Positions 26,413 to 35,892 of a DNA stretch of 35,892 bases are shown here, piece by piece. The notes beneath the pieces are model-generated. The model did no database searches. It was not told where the DNA came from and saw only the letters and a list, made by a program, of their open reading frames with translations. The position numbers and the translations under genes are program-made. Positions within the stretch are counted from its first letter, which is position 1. The number at the start of each line of letters is the position of its first letter. Source of the stretch: an uncultured Clostridia bacterium (GTDB lineage Bacteria; Bacillota; Clostridia; TANB77; CAG-508); contig CALXXH010000002.1 of assembly GCA_944392635.1 (NCBI GenBank), forward strand, positions 1-35,892, written 5' to 3'.

Positions 26413-27024
26413 TTACTCGATTACAATATTATCATCAATAACACTAACATATGCTTGTTTATGCAAAGGTTCTTCATCTCTATCAATTTCTTTTACTATA
26501 TTTGCAATTCTAATTTGTACTGTATCAACTGAGCCTGCAGCAATTATTGCTTGTTTATTTCCTTTTGCTCCTGCATGTGCCAAACCTCTTAAAGCTCCTA
26601 ATATTAGAATATTATCAGAAGCCATTACTTCTGCACCAGAATTAACATCTCCTAAAATTACTAAACTCCCCTCTGATTCCAATTTTTGACCTGAACGTAA
26701 AGAACCTCTATGGAATTCAGTTTCTGAACTTGCAATTTTTTTATCAAAAGCTTTCTTTATACTTGAAAGCCCTAAGCTTTTAGGCATATCAAAATCAATT
26801 TCTACATCAATTTTACTTTTTATTAATCTTTGTATTTCATCTATTTCTTTGTTTTTTAAAATCTTACCTGTAACTGTTATTGGTGTTTTTTCATCTTTAT
26901 ATAATTTTCTTAATTCTGGTAATTTTTTTCTTAAACATTCCACTATCTCTAATTGATTTGCATCATCATTTAATTTAATTACTATTTCATTTTTTCTTAA
27001 AATAATACTAACACAATTTTTCAT
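26413..27024 (-). CDS. minC: Septum site-determining protein MinC.
   Basis: The C-terminal domain reads GSLRSGQKLESEGSLVILGDVNSGAEVMASDNILILGALRGLAHAGAKGNKQAIIAAGSVDTVQIRIANIV. Track ORF runs 26413..27063; GGGAAGGA lies 8 nt before the ATG at 27024 (MKNCVSIIL). Confidence 0.85.
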   Translation of the reverse strand: MKNCVSIILRKNEIVIKLNDDANQLEIVECLRKKLPELRKLYKDEKTPITVTGKILKNKEIDEIQRLIKSKIDVEIDFDMPKSLGLSSIKKAFDKKIASSETEFHRGSLRSGQKLESEGSLVILGDVNSGAEVMASDNILILGALRGLAHAGAKGNKQAIIAAGSVDTVQIRIANIVKEIDRDEEPLHKQAYVSVIDDNIVIE

Positions 27025-27074
27025 TTTTACTATCCTTCCCTTCTTAAGGTACACACAATACATATTTTTAAGCT

Positions 27075-29207
27075 CTATTGTAGAGTCTGTGTAAGTGGCT
27101 CTGCACTCATATCTTCTTGAATATCTTGTGTATTCATTCCAAAATATTCTTCCATTATATCTCTTACAACTTCTGCCGTATAATTTCCATGACCACCATT
27201 TTCTACCATAACAACAATTGCAATTTCTGGGTCTTCAAATGGTGCAAATCCAACAAACCAAGCATGTACTTTATCATTTGCAGCTTCTGCTGAACCTGTT
27301 TTTCCTCCAACACTTATATTAAAATCTCTAAATCTAACATAAGCTGTACCACCAGAATCACCTGTAACTGATTGCATACCTGATAAAATAGCACTTAAGT
27401 TACTTTGATTTATTGTAACATCTTCTGTTTCTTCTTCTTGCACACCTAATTTTTGATTAACAAAATTATTTATTTCATCTTTTGATACTTCTGAACCATC
27501 TGCATTTCTAATAGTTTTTACAATACTTACATCTATTTTTTGTCCTCCATTTGCAAGCATGCTAATATATTTTGCCATTTGCAACGGGCTAAACTCATTA
27601 TCATTTTGTCCTATTGCTGCTTGCAAAGAATCAGCTGGATACCAAGTTGGGTCATCTGGATGTAATTTTGCTTTTGTTTCTTTACTTGCAAGTTGCCCTG
27701 CTGTTTCACTTTGCAATTCTATTCCTGTTTTATTTCCTAATCCAAAATATTTAGCATATTTTACTAATGTATCAATACCCATGTTATCTGCTGTTTGATA
27801 GAAGAAATAGTTACACGATTTTTCTATTGCACCCGATACATCAAGCCATCCATGACCTCTACCATAATCACTGAAATACCAACATTTTGGTTGATAATCT
27901 CTATATTTCCTATAAACTCCTGTATCATTAATTCTTGTATTTAAATTTATTGTACCAGATTCAAGTCCTGCAATTGCTGTAATCATCTTAAAAGTAGAAC
28001 CTGGTGAATACGAATTTTGTACAGCTTTATTTACAAGAGGTTTATCAGGATTATTTGTATAATTATTCCAATTCTCAGTACTTATTCCCCCAACAAAGTC
28101 TGCTGGGTTATAATCCGGATAACTTGCCATTGCAAGTACTTCTCCTGTATTTACATTCATAACAACACATGCACCTGCATTAGTATCAAATCTTTGACCA
28201 AATCCACCATTTCTAATTTTTTCAATATTTGCTTTTAATGCATCTTCAGTTACTTTTTGTAAATTTGCATCAATTGTAAGTACTATATCAGAACCTTTTA
28301 TTGCTTCTTCTGCTATGTATTCTGCAGTTGTTGTTCCATCAACTGCCATATCAATTTGTTTTGTTCCGTTTTTTCCTTTTAAATATTCTTCAAAAACATA
28401 TTCTATACCAGTTTTTCCTATGATATCATTTTGTGAATAATATTCTTTTCTAGTTTCATATTCTTCCGAACTTATTTGTGATGCATAACCTAAAATATGT
28501 GATGCTAAATTTCCTGAAGTATATTTTCTAACTGGTTTTACAACAATATTAATTCCAGCAAATTTATCTGCACTTTCACTAAATTCTGCAACTGCTTCTC
28601 TTGGTATATCTTGAGAAATTGTAACTGCCCTTGTACTACTATATCCTTTTTGTGAAATCAAATATCTAATTGCAATTATTTTTCTTACTTCTTGTATGTC
28701 AGTATTTTGTATTTCATATTTATCCTTAAACTCATAAAAAGCTTGTTCTGCTGTCATATTCTCATCTATGTCATAATCTTCCTTCCAATTACTTAACTCC
28801 TCACCTTCAATTGTAAATTCAAATGGCTCAATATTAATTGGAAAATCATTTGAATAAGAACACTCGTATTTTTCTAATACTTGTACCATATTTAATATAT
28901 CTTGATTCAAAGTTTGGTCATCTACTTTAGTTTTATACATTTCCAAAGAAAATTCAGCATCAGAAGTAACAAGTTCTTCTCCTGTTCTATCTAATATTGA
29001 ACCTCTTGCTGCTTCTATAGTACTTTCCCTAGTTAATCTCGTATTTGATTCCTCTCTATATTCTGCTCCATGTACAATTTGTAAATTAAATAATCTGGCA
29101 ATTAGAATAATTCCTACAATATATATTATAACTGTAATAATATTAAATCTTAAATTTACATTTGCTTTTTTTATTACTCTATTTGTTCCTTTTCTAAAAC
29201 TTACCAA
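27075..29207 (-). CDS. mrdA: Penicillin-binding protein 2 (elongation-specific class B transpeptidase).
   Basis: It has an N-terminal TM segment and the stretches LFNLQIVHGAEY and RGSILDRTGEELV. The catalytic motifs are SPGSTFK (SxxK), KSCN (SxN) and KTGSAE (KTG). It has a TTG start with AGGTGA upstream and sits after mreBCD. Confidence 0.9.
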   Translation of the reverse strand: MVSFRKGTNRVIKKANVNLRFNIITVIIYIVGIILIARLFNLQIVHGAEYREESNTRLTRESTIEAARGSILDRTGEELVTSDAEFSLEMYKTKVDDQTLNQDILNMVQVLEKYECSYSNDFPINIEPFEFTIEGEELSNWKEDYDIDENMTAEQAFYEFKDKYEIQNTDIQEVRKIIAIRYLISQKGYSSTRAVTISQDIPREAVAEFSESADKFAGINIVVKPVRKYTSGNLASHILGYASQISSEEYETRKEYYSQNDIIGKTGIEYVFEEYLKGKNGTKQIDMAVDGTTTAEYIAEEAIKGSDIVLTIDANLQKVTEDALKANIEKIRNGGFGQRFDTNAGACVVMNVNTGEVLAMASYPDYNPADFVGGISTENWNNYTNNPDKPLVNKAVQNSYSPGSTFKMITAIAGLESGTINLNTRINDTGVYRKYRDYQPKCWYFSDYGRGHGWLDVSGAIEKSCNYFFYQTADNMGIDTLVKYAKYFGLGNKTGIELQSETAGQLASKETKAKLHPDDPTWYPADSLQAAIGQNDNEFSPLQMAKYISMLANGGQKIDVSIVKTIRNADGSEVSKDEINNFVNQKLGVQEEETEDVTINQSNLSAILSGMQSVTGDSGGTAYVRFRDFNISVGGKTGSAEAANDKVHAWFVGFAPFEDPEIAIVVMVENGGHGNYTAEVVRDIMEEYFGMNTQDIQEDMSAEPLTQTLQ

Positions 29208-29288
29208 ATTATCACCTACCTTTTCACAAATTAAACATTCTTTATCCTTTTATTTTATATTAATCTTCAAATTATATTATTATATTTT

Positions 29289-29822
29289 TTAGAAGTATCT
29301 TGTTAATATTTTGTTTCCTTTATATTCATTTTCTATATCATATCCAAATTTTTGTATTAATGGATATATAATTATTGTAAGTATCATATTATATATAACT
29401 TCTATTGCAAGTATTTTTACAAAATTAACTATTTCTACATTTATATTTATAAACATATATGCAAGTAAATAATTTAATACTTCAACAATAACTGTAGAAC
29501 CTAAAACCATAAGCATAATTGTCATTCTACTATCTTTTGAAAAGTTTTTATCAAATATTGCTGCTAAAAATCCTACTAATCCAAGTGTTACTGCTTGTAT
29601 ACCTATTTTTTGTGAGAATAATAAGTCTAATATAAGCCCAATAACTACTCCATAAGCCGTGCCAACAGTTTTATTTGTAAAAAGTCCTATAAATAAAACA
29701 AATATGATAAATACATTAGGCATTACTCCTGCTATATTGAACCAATTGAAAAAATTAGATTGTAAAAAATATATAATAAAAATTGTTAATATTAAAAATA
29801 AATTAATTACTAATTTTTTCAC
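29289..29822 (-). CDS. mreD: Rod shape-determining protein MreD.
   Basis: A 177-aa polytopic membrane protein immediately after mreC, with a GTG start and GAGGTG upstream. Confidence 0.75.
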   Translation of the reverse strand: MKKLVINLFLILTIFIIYFLQSNFFNWFNIAGVMPNVFIIFVLFIGLFTNKTVGTAYGVVIGLILDLLFSQKIGIQAVTLGLVGFLAAIFDKNFSKDSRMTIMLMVLGSTVIVEVLNYLLAYMFININVEIVNFVKILAIEVIYNMILTIIIYPLIQKFGYDIENEYKGNKILTRYF

Positions 29823-29863
29823 TTAGTTCACCTCTTTCTCTTCTTCCTTTTCTTTAATTCAAA

Positions 29864-30679
29864 TTATTTATTAGTTATCACTAATACTGTATTTAATTTA
29901 TCAAAATCTACTGCCGTTTCTACTGTTGCATATCTATCTGTTAAGTTTTGTGTATTTGTTACTTTTGTTACTGTTCCAACATGTATTCCTTTAGGATAAA
30001 TACCACCAAGTCCTGATGTTTCTATACTTTCTCCTTGTGCAATATTACTGTCTGTAGGGATATACATTGCTTTTAATGTTGAAGAATCATCCATTGTTCC
30101 TTTACATACTATACTTTCATCATTTGAACTCATTATACAACTTACTGAACTTGCTGTATCTACTATTGTTTGAACTTTTGCTGTTGTATCTGTTACTGAA
30201 ATAACATATCCAACTAATCCTTGGTCTGCTATAACTGTCATATTTTCAGCAACTCCATCATTTGAACCTAAATTAATTACTATTGTTTTTGAATAATTAC
30301 TTATATCTTTATTTATTACATATCCTGGTATTGTATTATATTCTCCATATTTTTCAGTTAAGTTCAAATATTCTTTTAATGTTTCATTTTCTGTTCTAAT
30401 ATTTTCTAATTCTCTTAAAGATTGCTCTAATTCACTATTTTTTTGTTTTAATTCTTCATTTTCTTGTTGTAAATTATTTATATCAGTAAAAAATGTATTA
30501 TTTCCACTTATTTTATTTTTCAAATATGTTAAACCATTTTGTATAGGCATAACTAAATTACTTGCTGCATTTTCAAAAAAAGCAGTATTGCTCTCTCCAT
30601 TTGAAAATATAACAATTAAAATTAAAATTATAATTGTAATAATAATTCCTATCGTTCCAGCTTTTTTATTTTGATACAT
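29864..30679 (-). CDS. mreC: Rod shape-determining protein MreC.
   Basis: It has an N-terminal TM segment and a coiled coil (NNLQQENEELKQKNSELEQSLRELENIRTENETLKE). The beta domain contains GLVGYVISVTDTTAKVQTIVDTASSVS and GIYPKGIHVGTV. Confidence 0.85.
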   Translation of the reverse strand: MYQNKKAGTIGIIITIIILILIVIFSNGESNTAFFENAASNLVMPIQNGLTYLKNKISGNNTFFTDINNLQQENEELKQKNSELEQSLRELENIRTENETLKEYLNLTEKYGEYNTIPGYVINKDISNYSKTIVINLGSNDGVAENMTVIADQGLVGYVISVTDTTAKVQTIVDTASSVSCIMSSNDESIVCKGTMDDSSTLKAMYIPTDSNIAQGESIETSGLGGIYPKGIHVGTVTKVTNTQNLTDRYATVETAVDFDKLNTVLVITNK

Positions 30680-30698
30680 TTTTCGCTCCTCATTTTAA

Positions 30699-31733
30699 TT
30701 ATTTTCTTTTTCTTGCATTAATTAAAACTGTTTTTAATCTTTCTAAATCTTCTAATGTCTTTCCCGTACCTCTTACCACGCAATCTAAAGGTTCTTCAGC
30801 TACATATACAGGCATTCCAGTTTCTATACTTATTAATTTATCTAGATTTTTAATTAATGCTCCTCCACCTGCAAGAACTATTCCCTTTTCCATAATATCT
30901 GATGCCAATTCTGGTGGTGTTTTTTCTAATGTTAATTTTACTATTTCTACTATTCTATTAATTGATTCTTTCATTGCATCTTCAATTTGTGTAGATGTTA
31001 CTTTTACTGTTCTTGGTAGTCCATCTGTCAAATCTCTTCCTCTTACTTCCATTGTCATTTCTGTCATAAGTGGCATTGCACAACCAATTTGCATTTTTAT
31101 TTGCTCAGCTGTTGTTTCTCCAATAGCAAGATTCATTTCTCTTTTTATATAATTTACTATATCTTCATCTAATTCATCACCAGCAACTCTTAATGAGTGG
31201 CTAACTACTATTCCTCCTAAAGATATAACTGCAACTTCTGTTGTTCCTCCACCAATATCAACAATAATACTTCCTGTTGGTTCTCCAACATCTAAAGATG
31301 CTCCTATTGCAGCTGCCATTGGTTCTTCAATTAAATATACTTCTTTAGCTCCTGCTTGTATAACTGATTCTTCAACTGCTCTTTCTTCAACTTCAGTTAT
31401 TCCAGAAGGTACTCCAACAACAACTCTTGGTTTTCCAACATTATATCTTCTTCCAACTTTTCCTATTATATTTTTAAGCATCAATTGTGTAGCTGTAAAG
31501 TCTGCAATAACTCCATCTTTTAATGGTCTTACTGCTTTAATTTGTTCAGGAGTTCTTCCTAACATTTCTTTTGCTTCATTTCCAGTTGCCATTATATTCC
31601 CTGTTTTTCTATCAATTGCTACAACTGATGGCTCTTTTAGAACTATTCCTTTCCCTTTTAATGTAACTAATAGATTTGCAGTTCCCAAATCTATCCCAAC
31701 ATCTTTTGATCCAAATGTAAAAAATTTCATCAT
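30699..31733 (-). CDS. mreB: Rod shape-determining actin homologue MreB.
   Basis: Matching stretches are [58 protein letters not shown] and [15 protein letters not shown]. Its ATGATG start overlaps the radC TGA (ATGA). Confidence 0.95.
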   Translation of the reverse strand: MMKFFTFGSKDVGIDLGTANLLVTLKGKGIVLKEPSVVAIDRKTGNIMATGNEAKEMLGRTPEQIKAVRPLKDGVIADFTATQLMLKNIIGKVGRRYNVGKPRVVVGVPSGITEVEERAVEESVIQAGAKEVYLIEEPMAAAIGASLDVGEPTGSIIVDIGGGTTEVAVISLGGIVVSHSLRVAGDELDEDIVNYIKREMNLAIGETTAEQIKMQIGCAMPLMTEMTMEVRGRDLTDGLPRTVKVTSTQIEDAMKESINRIVEIVKLTLEKTPPELASDIMEKGIVLAGGGALIKNLDKLISIETGMPVYVAEEPLDCVVRGTGKTLEDLERLKTVLINARKRK

Positions 31734-32485
31734 CCTCTATCCTTTCCTTCATTTTGTATATTATTATCTTTTGTTCTTGCTTCTTTTGCTATTTTTTCTG
31801 CCATTTCGGACAATATACTTGTAAATTTTCCATTTCCTATTACTATATGGTCCATTAATTCTATTCCAAGTAAATCTGCAACTTTCATCGATAGTTCAGT
31901 AAATTTAACATCTACCTCACTTGGCGTTGCATCTCCTGATGGATGATTATGGATTAAAATAATTTTAGGTGCCTTCATTTTTATAGCTTCTGTCATTATA
32001 TCTTTAATTTGAAAATTCATATATGAATTTCCTCCAAATGATATTTCTTTTATCTTTAGGATTTCATTTTTTTCATTAAGTATAACTACTTTTGATATTT
32101 CTCTTTTTTCAAAACGTAATTCTTCCATAAAAATTTTAACAACATCACTAGGTTCTTTAATTGCTATTTTTTTATAATTTGAAGGCTTGGACATTCTTAT
32201 TGCAAGTTCTGCTACTGCTTTTAATTGAATTGCTTTAACTTTTCCTATTCCTTTTATTTGCATTAATTCCTCTATAGTAATATCTTTCAAAAAATCCATT
32301 CCATATAAATTTGCTTCATTAAGGCTTAAAACTTTTTGTGCAATTTGTACTGAAGTTTCTTCTTTTGTTCCTGTTTTTATTATAATTGCTAATAATTCTG
32401 CATTTGATAATGCTTTTTCACCATATAATTCTAATTTTTCATATGGTCTTTCTGCCTCTGGCAATTGTTTTATCGTCATTGACAA
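31730..32485 (-). CDS. radC: RadC-family JAMM-motif protein.
   Basis: Matching stretches are [18 protein letters not shown], an HhH-like [13 protein letters not shown], and [15 protein letters not shown]. The start is uncertain: TTG at 32485 or ATG at 32479. Confidence 0.85.
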   Translation of the reverse strand: MSMTIKQLPEAERPYEKLELYGEKALSNAELLAIIIKTGTKEETSVQIAQKVLSLNEANLYGMDFLKDITIEELMQIKGIGKVKAIQLKAVAELAIRMSKPSNYKKIAIKEPSDVVKIFMEELRFEKREISKVVILNEKNEILKIKEISFGGNSYMNFQIKDIMTEAIKMKAPKIILIHNHPSGDATPSEVDVKFTELSMKVADLLGIELMDHIVIGNGKFTSILSEMAEKIAKEARTKDNNIQNEGKDRG

Positions 32486-32519
32486 ATCTAGTCAATCCTT
32501 TCTTGTTCATAAATTGCCC

Positions 32520-32777
32520 CTATATTTTTTTGTATATAAAAATTGCAAGTACCATTCCTATAATACTAGAAACACTTATCTTAAACATAAGTGCAAATGT
32601 TATTTTTACAACACTTAAATCTAATACTATTGGGTTTTCTAGACCAAAGCTTTGGCTATATGATAGCCACCAAAGCCAACTTACTCTAGATGCTAATTCC
32701 CCTAATAGTCCCCCTACTACTAGTCCTGATAAAATAAATATTAATAAAATCCATATATTTTTTTCTTTTGTTGCCAT
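32520..32777 (-). CDS. Small membrane protein, DUF4321-like.
   Basis: It is 85 aa long, with GGAGGAGAGG upstream. It contains NIWILLIFILSGLVVGGLLGELAS and LDLSVVKITFALMFKISVSSIIGMVLAIFIYKKI. Its position just upstream of radC-mreB is typical of Clostridia. The family assignment is from memory. Confidence 0.6.
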   Translation of the reverse strand: MATKEKNIWILLIFILSGLVVGGLLGELASRVSWLWWLSYSQSFGLENPIVLDLSVVKITFALMFKISVSSIIGMVLAIFIYKKI

Positions 32778-32890
32778 ATTTACCTCTCCTCCAATTTCTA
32801 CTTTTCTTAAATCTTTAATTTTCTTACGGATATTTCTTTTTTAACTCTTTGCTATTATATCCTGAATTAGCAAATTTTTCAAGTATATTA

Positions 32891-32920
32891 CAAAAATTAC
32901 ACAGAAAATATCTGTGTAAT
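32891..32920 (-). terminator. Rho-independent terminator after the Rpn-family gene.
   Basis: On the minus strand: ATTACACAG, a 7-nt loop, CTGTGTAAT, then TTTTTG. Confidence 0.6.
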
Positions 32921-32946
32921 CTCTATTTATATATCTTCAATACAAA

Positions 32947-33843
32947 TTATCTTTTGTCTGAATTTTTAATTTTTTCTAATTTTTCTTTTTCAATTCCTGT
33001 TATCTTCACTATTTCATCTAAATCCATATTATAATTTAGCATTTTCTTTGCAATTTCTAAAACTTTTTCATTTTTTCCTTCTTTTATCCCTTCTTCTTTT
33101 GCTTCACCTATATCACTATTATAGTCCATTTCCCATCTTTCTCTTAACTCTTGCATTCTTCTTTCAGCAGCTTCTCCTGTTAAATAGTTCATTTCTTTTT
33201 TGGCTTTTCTTATTATTGCATTTTTCTTTTCTGCCATTTTCGATTTTTCCCCCTTAAAATCATCTATAAATGCTAACCATTGATTTACTCTGTCTTCCAT
33301 ATTTACATTTGCTTTTCTAAATTTAGGTAATTCTATAAAATACCATTTCATATTTTTTATTATTTCAAAATCTTTATGTTCTTTTAATACTATTTTTGAC
33401 TCTGATATATACTCATCAAATCCTAGTAATTCATAATCTAATATATTTATTAATATTAGCTGTTTTACATTTTTATACTCTATTCCTCTTTTTGTTTCTT
33501 GTGATAATAGTTTTGCTCCATAATGTAATGTCCTATTTTCAAAATATGCTCTTTGTCTTACTTGCATTTCTATATCTACTATTATTCCATCATTTAACTC
33601 TGCTTGTAAGTCTATACTTCCTCCTTTTTCATCTTTTGCTAGTCTTTCTAAATCAACTTCACTTCTAATTTCTATTTCCTTTATTTCTATTTTTAATAAA
33701 GCTTCTAAAAAATCTTTTAAAAATTCTTCATTTCCCTTTCTTGCAAAAAATGCTTTAAACACAATATCATCTTTTAGAGTTAGTTCTTTCTTTTTATTTT
33801 CTCTTTTTTCTTTTGTTTCATTATTATTTTTTTCATTTTTCAT
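32947..33843 (-). CDS. Rpn-family recombination-promoting nuclease / PD-(D/E)XK putative transposase.
   Basis: Matching stretches are LKDDIVFKAFFARKGNEEFLKDFLEALL, GGSIDLQAELNDGIIVDIEMQVRQRAYFENRTLHYGAKLLSQ and LILINILDYEL. AGGAAGGAG lies upstream of the ATG. Confidence 0.8.
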   Translation of the reverse strand: MKNEKNNNETKEKRENKKKELTLKDDIVFKAFFARKGNEEFLKDFLEALLKIEIKEIEIRSEVDLERLAKDEKGGSIDLQAELNDGIIVDIEMQVRQRAYFENRTLHYGAKLLSQETKRGIEYKNVKQLILINILDYELLGFDEYISESKIVLKEHKDFEIIKNMKWYFIELPKFRKANVNMEDRVNQWLAFIDDFKGEKSKMAEKKNAIIRKAKKEMNYLTGEAAERRMQELRERWEMDYNSDIGEAKEEGIKEGKNEKVLEIAKKMLNYNMDLDEIVKITGIEKEKLEKIKNSDKR

Positions 33844-34270
33844 ATTTCTCCTTCCTATTATACCAAATTTTCAGTACATTAAAAGGAATGTATTGATTTA
33901 ATTTGGCAAATTTAATTAATTTTTCTAATTCAAAATCAATACATCTGTAATTTATCATTTGTTTTTCTAAAATATAATTTCGCTAAAGGGAAAGATTCTT
34001 GAAGTTTAGCTACTAATATTAAAAGAATACATATTGCTAAAATAGAATAAAATAAAATGATTTAAAATTCTTAGATTTAATTAACTTTGATTAGAATATC
34101 ATTACTATATCATAATTTCCATTATTTGTAAATAGTTTTTAAGATTTTTTTATAATTTTTAAAGAACATTAAGGGGTAGTCCTCAAAATTCCGGTTACCA
34201 AAAATTACTTCTTCCCATATAATAATATTAGTAGTATAATATAAGTATGAGATTTAGGAGGTTTACCTTT

Positions 34271-34894
34271 ATGAAAATTGAAAAATTAACAGATAATAAA
34301 ATTCGTGTCATTATGAACTTTAAAGATATGGAATTAGATAAACATGATTTTTTTGAAAATATAATTGATTCACAAAGTCTATTTGTAGACATATTAGAAA
34401 AAGCAGAAAAGGAAGTTGATTTTCACACAGAAGGATGTAAGTTACTAATAGAAGCTTTTTCTACATTTGAAGATGTAATTGTTTTTACAATTACAAAATT
34501 CTCTGTAAATGATAGTAATTCAAATATAAATAATAAGAAGAAAAAAGTAATTGTAAAAAGAAAAACTAATACTCCTTTACTTGATAATGCTATATATGAA
34601 TTTGACAATTTTGATTCATTTTGTGATTTTTGCAAGTCAATTATAAATATTTTAGATATACATATTGAAAAATTAGCAAAAAAAATATTGCTATATAATT
34701 ATAATAATAAATTTTATTTAATTTTAAAAGATATTAACTATAATAATAAAAATACAAAAAAAATTTTTAATACTTTATCCGAGTTTGCAAAAATTCAAAA
34801 TTTCTCTAATAATTTTGAATTTAAATTATTAGAACATGGAAAATTATTTGTTAAGAATAATGCTATTTTAAAAGGTATTAAATATTTAATATAA
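34271..34894 (+). CDS. mecA: Adaptor protein MecA (ClpC adaptor).
   Basis: The sequence reads MKIEKLTDNKIRVIMNFKDMELDKHDFFENIIDSQSLFVDILEKAEKEVDFHTEGCKLLIEAFSTFEDVIVFTITKF. AGGAGG lies 9 nt before the ATG at 34271. The track start at 34247 lies upstream of the SD. Confidence 0.7.
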   Translation: MKIEKLTDNKIRVIMNFKDMELDKHDFFENIIDSQSLFVDILEKAEKEVDFHTEGCKLLIEAFSTFEDVIVFTITKFSVNDSNSNINNKKKKVIVKRKTNTPLLDNAIYEFDNFDSFCDFCKSIINILDIHIEKLAKKILLYNYNNKFYLILKDINYNNKNTKKIFNTLSEFAKIQNFSNNFEFKLLEHGKLFVKNNAILKGIKYLI

Positions 34895-34922
34895 TATGCA
34901 AAATTAAAAAACAATTAATATG

Positions 34923-34961
34923 AAAATAGAAGCCATATTTCAATAATATAACTTCTATTTT
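34923..34961. terminator. Shared hairpin between the convergent mecA and M23 peptidase genes.
   Basis: AAAATAGAAG (34923-34932) pairs with CTTCTATTTT (34952-34961). The 19-nt loop is long for a terminator. Confidence 0.4.
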
Positions 34962-34972
34962 ATGTTTAAATA

Positions 34973-35892
34973 TTAATATAAATAATTTTGTGGATTATAT
35001 GCAATTCCATTTACACGAATTTCTAAATGCAAATGTGGTCCTGTTGAATTACCTGTAGAACCTACTGCTGCTATACTCTGTCCTTGAGATACTTGTGTAC
35101 CTGTTCCAACATATAATTTACTGCAATGAGCATAATATGTTTGTACTCCATTTCCATGACTTATAACAAGCATATTTCCATATGACCCTTTATATCCTGA
35201 AAAAGTAACTGTTCCTGATGCTGCAGCTACAACATTGGTTCCTGATGGTGCTGCAATGTCTAAACCTGTATGTGAAGATCTTCTAATACTACTTCCTGCT
35301 CCAAATCTTGAAGTAATAGTTCCTGAAACTGGTCTAATTAAAGAAATACCTAAATTCGCTTTTCCACTTGATGTAGTTAATTTTGTATTAACTGTCCCTG
35401 TCGCTTGATAAACATTACTTGAAGATTTTTTTGCAACTGTTACTACTTTTGGTTTTTCCACATATAATTTTGAAACAGCATCATCTGTTGAAACTAAGTC
35501 TTTAAGTTCTGTTTCATATTTTTCTACAATTGATATATTTTCTATATTTGAACTATCTTTTTCCTTTAAAGTATTAACTACACTTTCTGCTTCTTCAAAA
35601 TTTGAAACATATAACTTTTCTTCTTGATTATCTGCTATTGCATAATAACGATAATATGTAACACCTTGTGATTTTATATTCTCAAAAATCTCATCATCAT
35701 TTGTTACAATATTTTTCTTTAACAAACATAGCTTATATTCAGGCATATTGTTAACTTGTACAAATGCTACATTTCCACTACTTCCATCACCTTTTTCAAC
35801 ATAATCATTTATTTTATGTTGTAATTCTGTTCTATTTTCTGTATAACCTACTTGTTCTCCATTTATATAAACACTATATGTAGGTTTGTATA
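34973..35892 (-). CDS. M23/LytM-family metallopeptidase; the 5' end lies outside the window.
   Basis: It has HTGLDIAAP (HxxxD) and GPHLHLEIR (HxH). The track starts it at M35746, but the frame stays open to 35892 (YKPTYSVYINGEQVGYTENRTELQHKINDYVEKGDGSSGNVAFVQVNN-MPEY), so the real start is upstream of the window. Confidence 0.85.
   Translation of the reverse strand, partial: YKPTYSVYINGEQVGYTENRTELQHKINDYVEKGDGSSGNVAFVQVNNMPEYKLCLLKKNIVTNDDEIFENIKSQGVTYYRYYAIADNQEEKLYVSNFEEAESVVNTLKEKDSSNIENISIVEKYETELKDLVSTDDAVSKLYVEKPKVVTVAKKSSSNVYQATGTVNTKLTTSSGKANLGISLIRPVSGTITSRFGAGSSIRRSSHTGLDIAAPSGTNVVAAASGTVTFSGYKGSYGNMLVISHGNGVQTYYAHCSKLYVGTGTQVSQGQSIAAVGSTGNSTGPHLHLEIRVNGIAYNPQNYLY

Noticed and set aside
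27559-28238. Plus-strand ORFs 27559..27798 and 28017..28238.
   Set aside because: They lie inside and antisense to the PBP2 gene, which has all three catalytic motifs.
32386-33668. Plus-strand ORFs 32386..32844, 32849..33034, 33048..33257 and 33396..33668.
   Set aside because: They are antisense to radC, DUF4321 and the Rpn-family gene, and their translations are low complexity.
34423-34635. Minus-strand 70-aa ORF inside mecA.
   Set aside because: It is antisense to a recognisable MecA-like ORF and has no SD.
1-35892. tRNA, rRNA or CRISPR arrays, defence systems, or a sortase gene.
   Set aside because: None was recognised in the intergenic regions (7522-7753, 16610-16864, 25282-25531, 29208-29288, 32778-32946, 33844-34270, 34895-34972) or among the ORFs. 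A by-eye scan cannot fully exclude small RNAs.

Overview
The window is very AT-rich and looks Firmicutes/Clostridia-like, though GC was not computed. It splits into two parts.

(1) 26.4-35.9 kb is an ordinary cell-shape and division backbone. On the minus strand it carries DUF4321, radC, mreB, mreC, mreD, PBP2 and minC. It also holds an Rpn-family PD-(D/E)XK nuclease gene, mecA on the plus strand, and an M23 peptidase whose 5' end runs off the window.

(2) 1-25.3 kb is an accessory island on the minus strand made of three tandem bicistronic cassettes. Each cassette has a sigmaA-like promoter and a giant A protein of about 1400-1600 aa. A carries a signal peptide, many Ig-like DUF11/CARDB-type repeats, an SdrD-B-like Ca module, and a C-terminal S-I-[RS]-T-G motif followed by a TM segment and a basic tail. 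An 18-20 nt spacer with GGAGG follows, then a giant B protein of about 1200-1500 aa. B carries a 27-aa signal peptide, a variable head, SpaA/CnaB-like and SdrD-B-like stalk modules, and a C-terminal T-P-P-T-G motif followed by a TM segment and a basic tail. A hairpin terminator closes cassettes 1 and 2; the 3' end of cassette 3 lies beyond the window edge.

Cassette 3 (1-7521) is not in the ORF track because its reading frame has no stop inside the window. By hand translation, A3 has a +1 frameshift after about 165 codons. A3 is also fused in frame, with no stop, SD or ATG, to B3.

B3 shares a roughly 1.29 kb near-identical tract with B2 but carries a different head that includes a ricin-B lectin module. 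The B2 head has both thioester-domain (TQXA-type) signature motifs. B1 keeps the Cys but has Ala at the Gln position.

No sortase, tRNA, rRNA, CRISPR array or IS element was seen. All domain calls come from motif recognition by eye; no searches were run.
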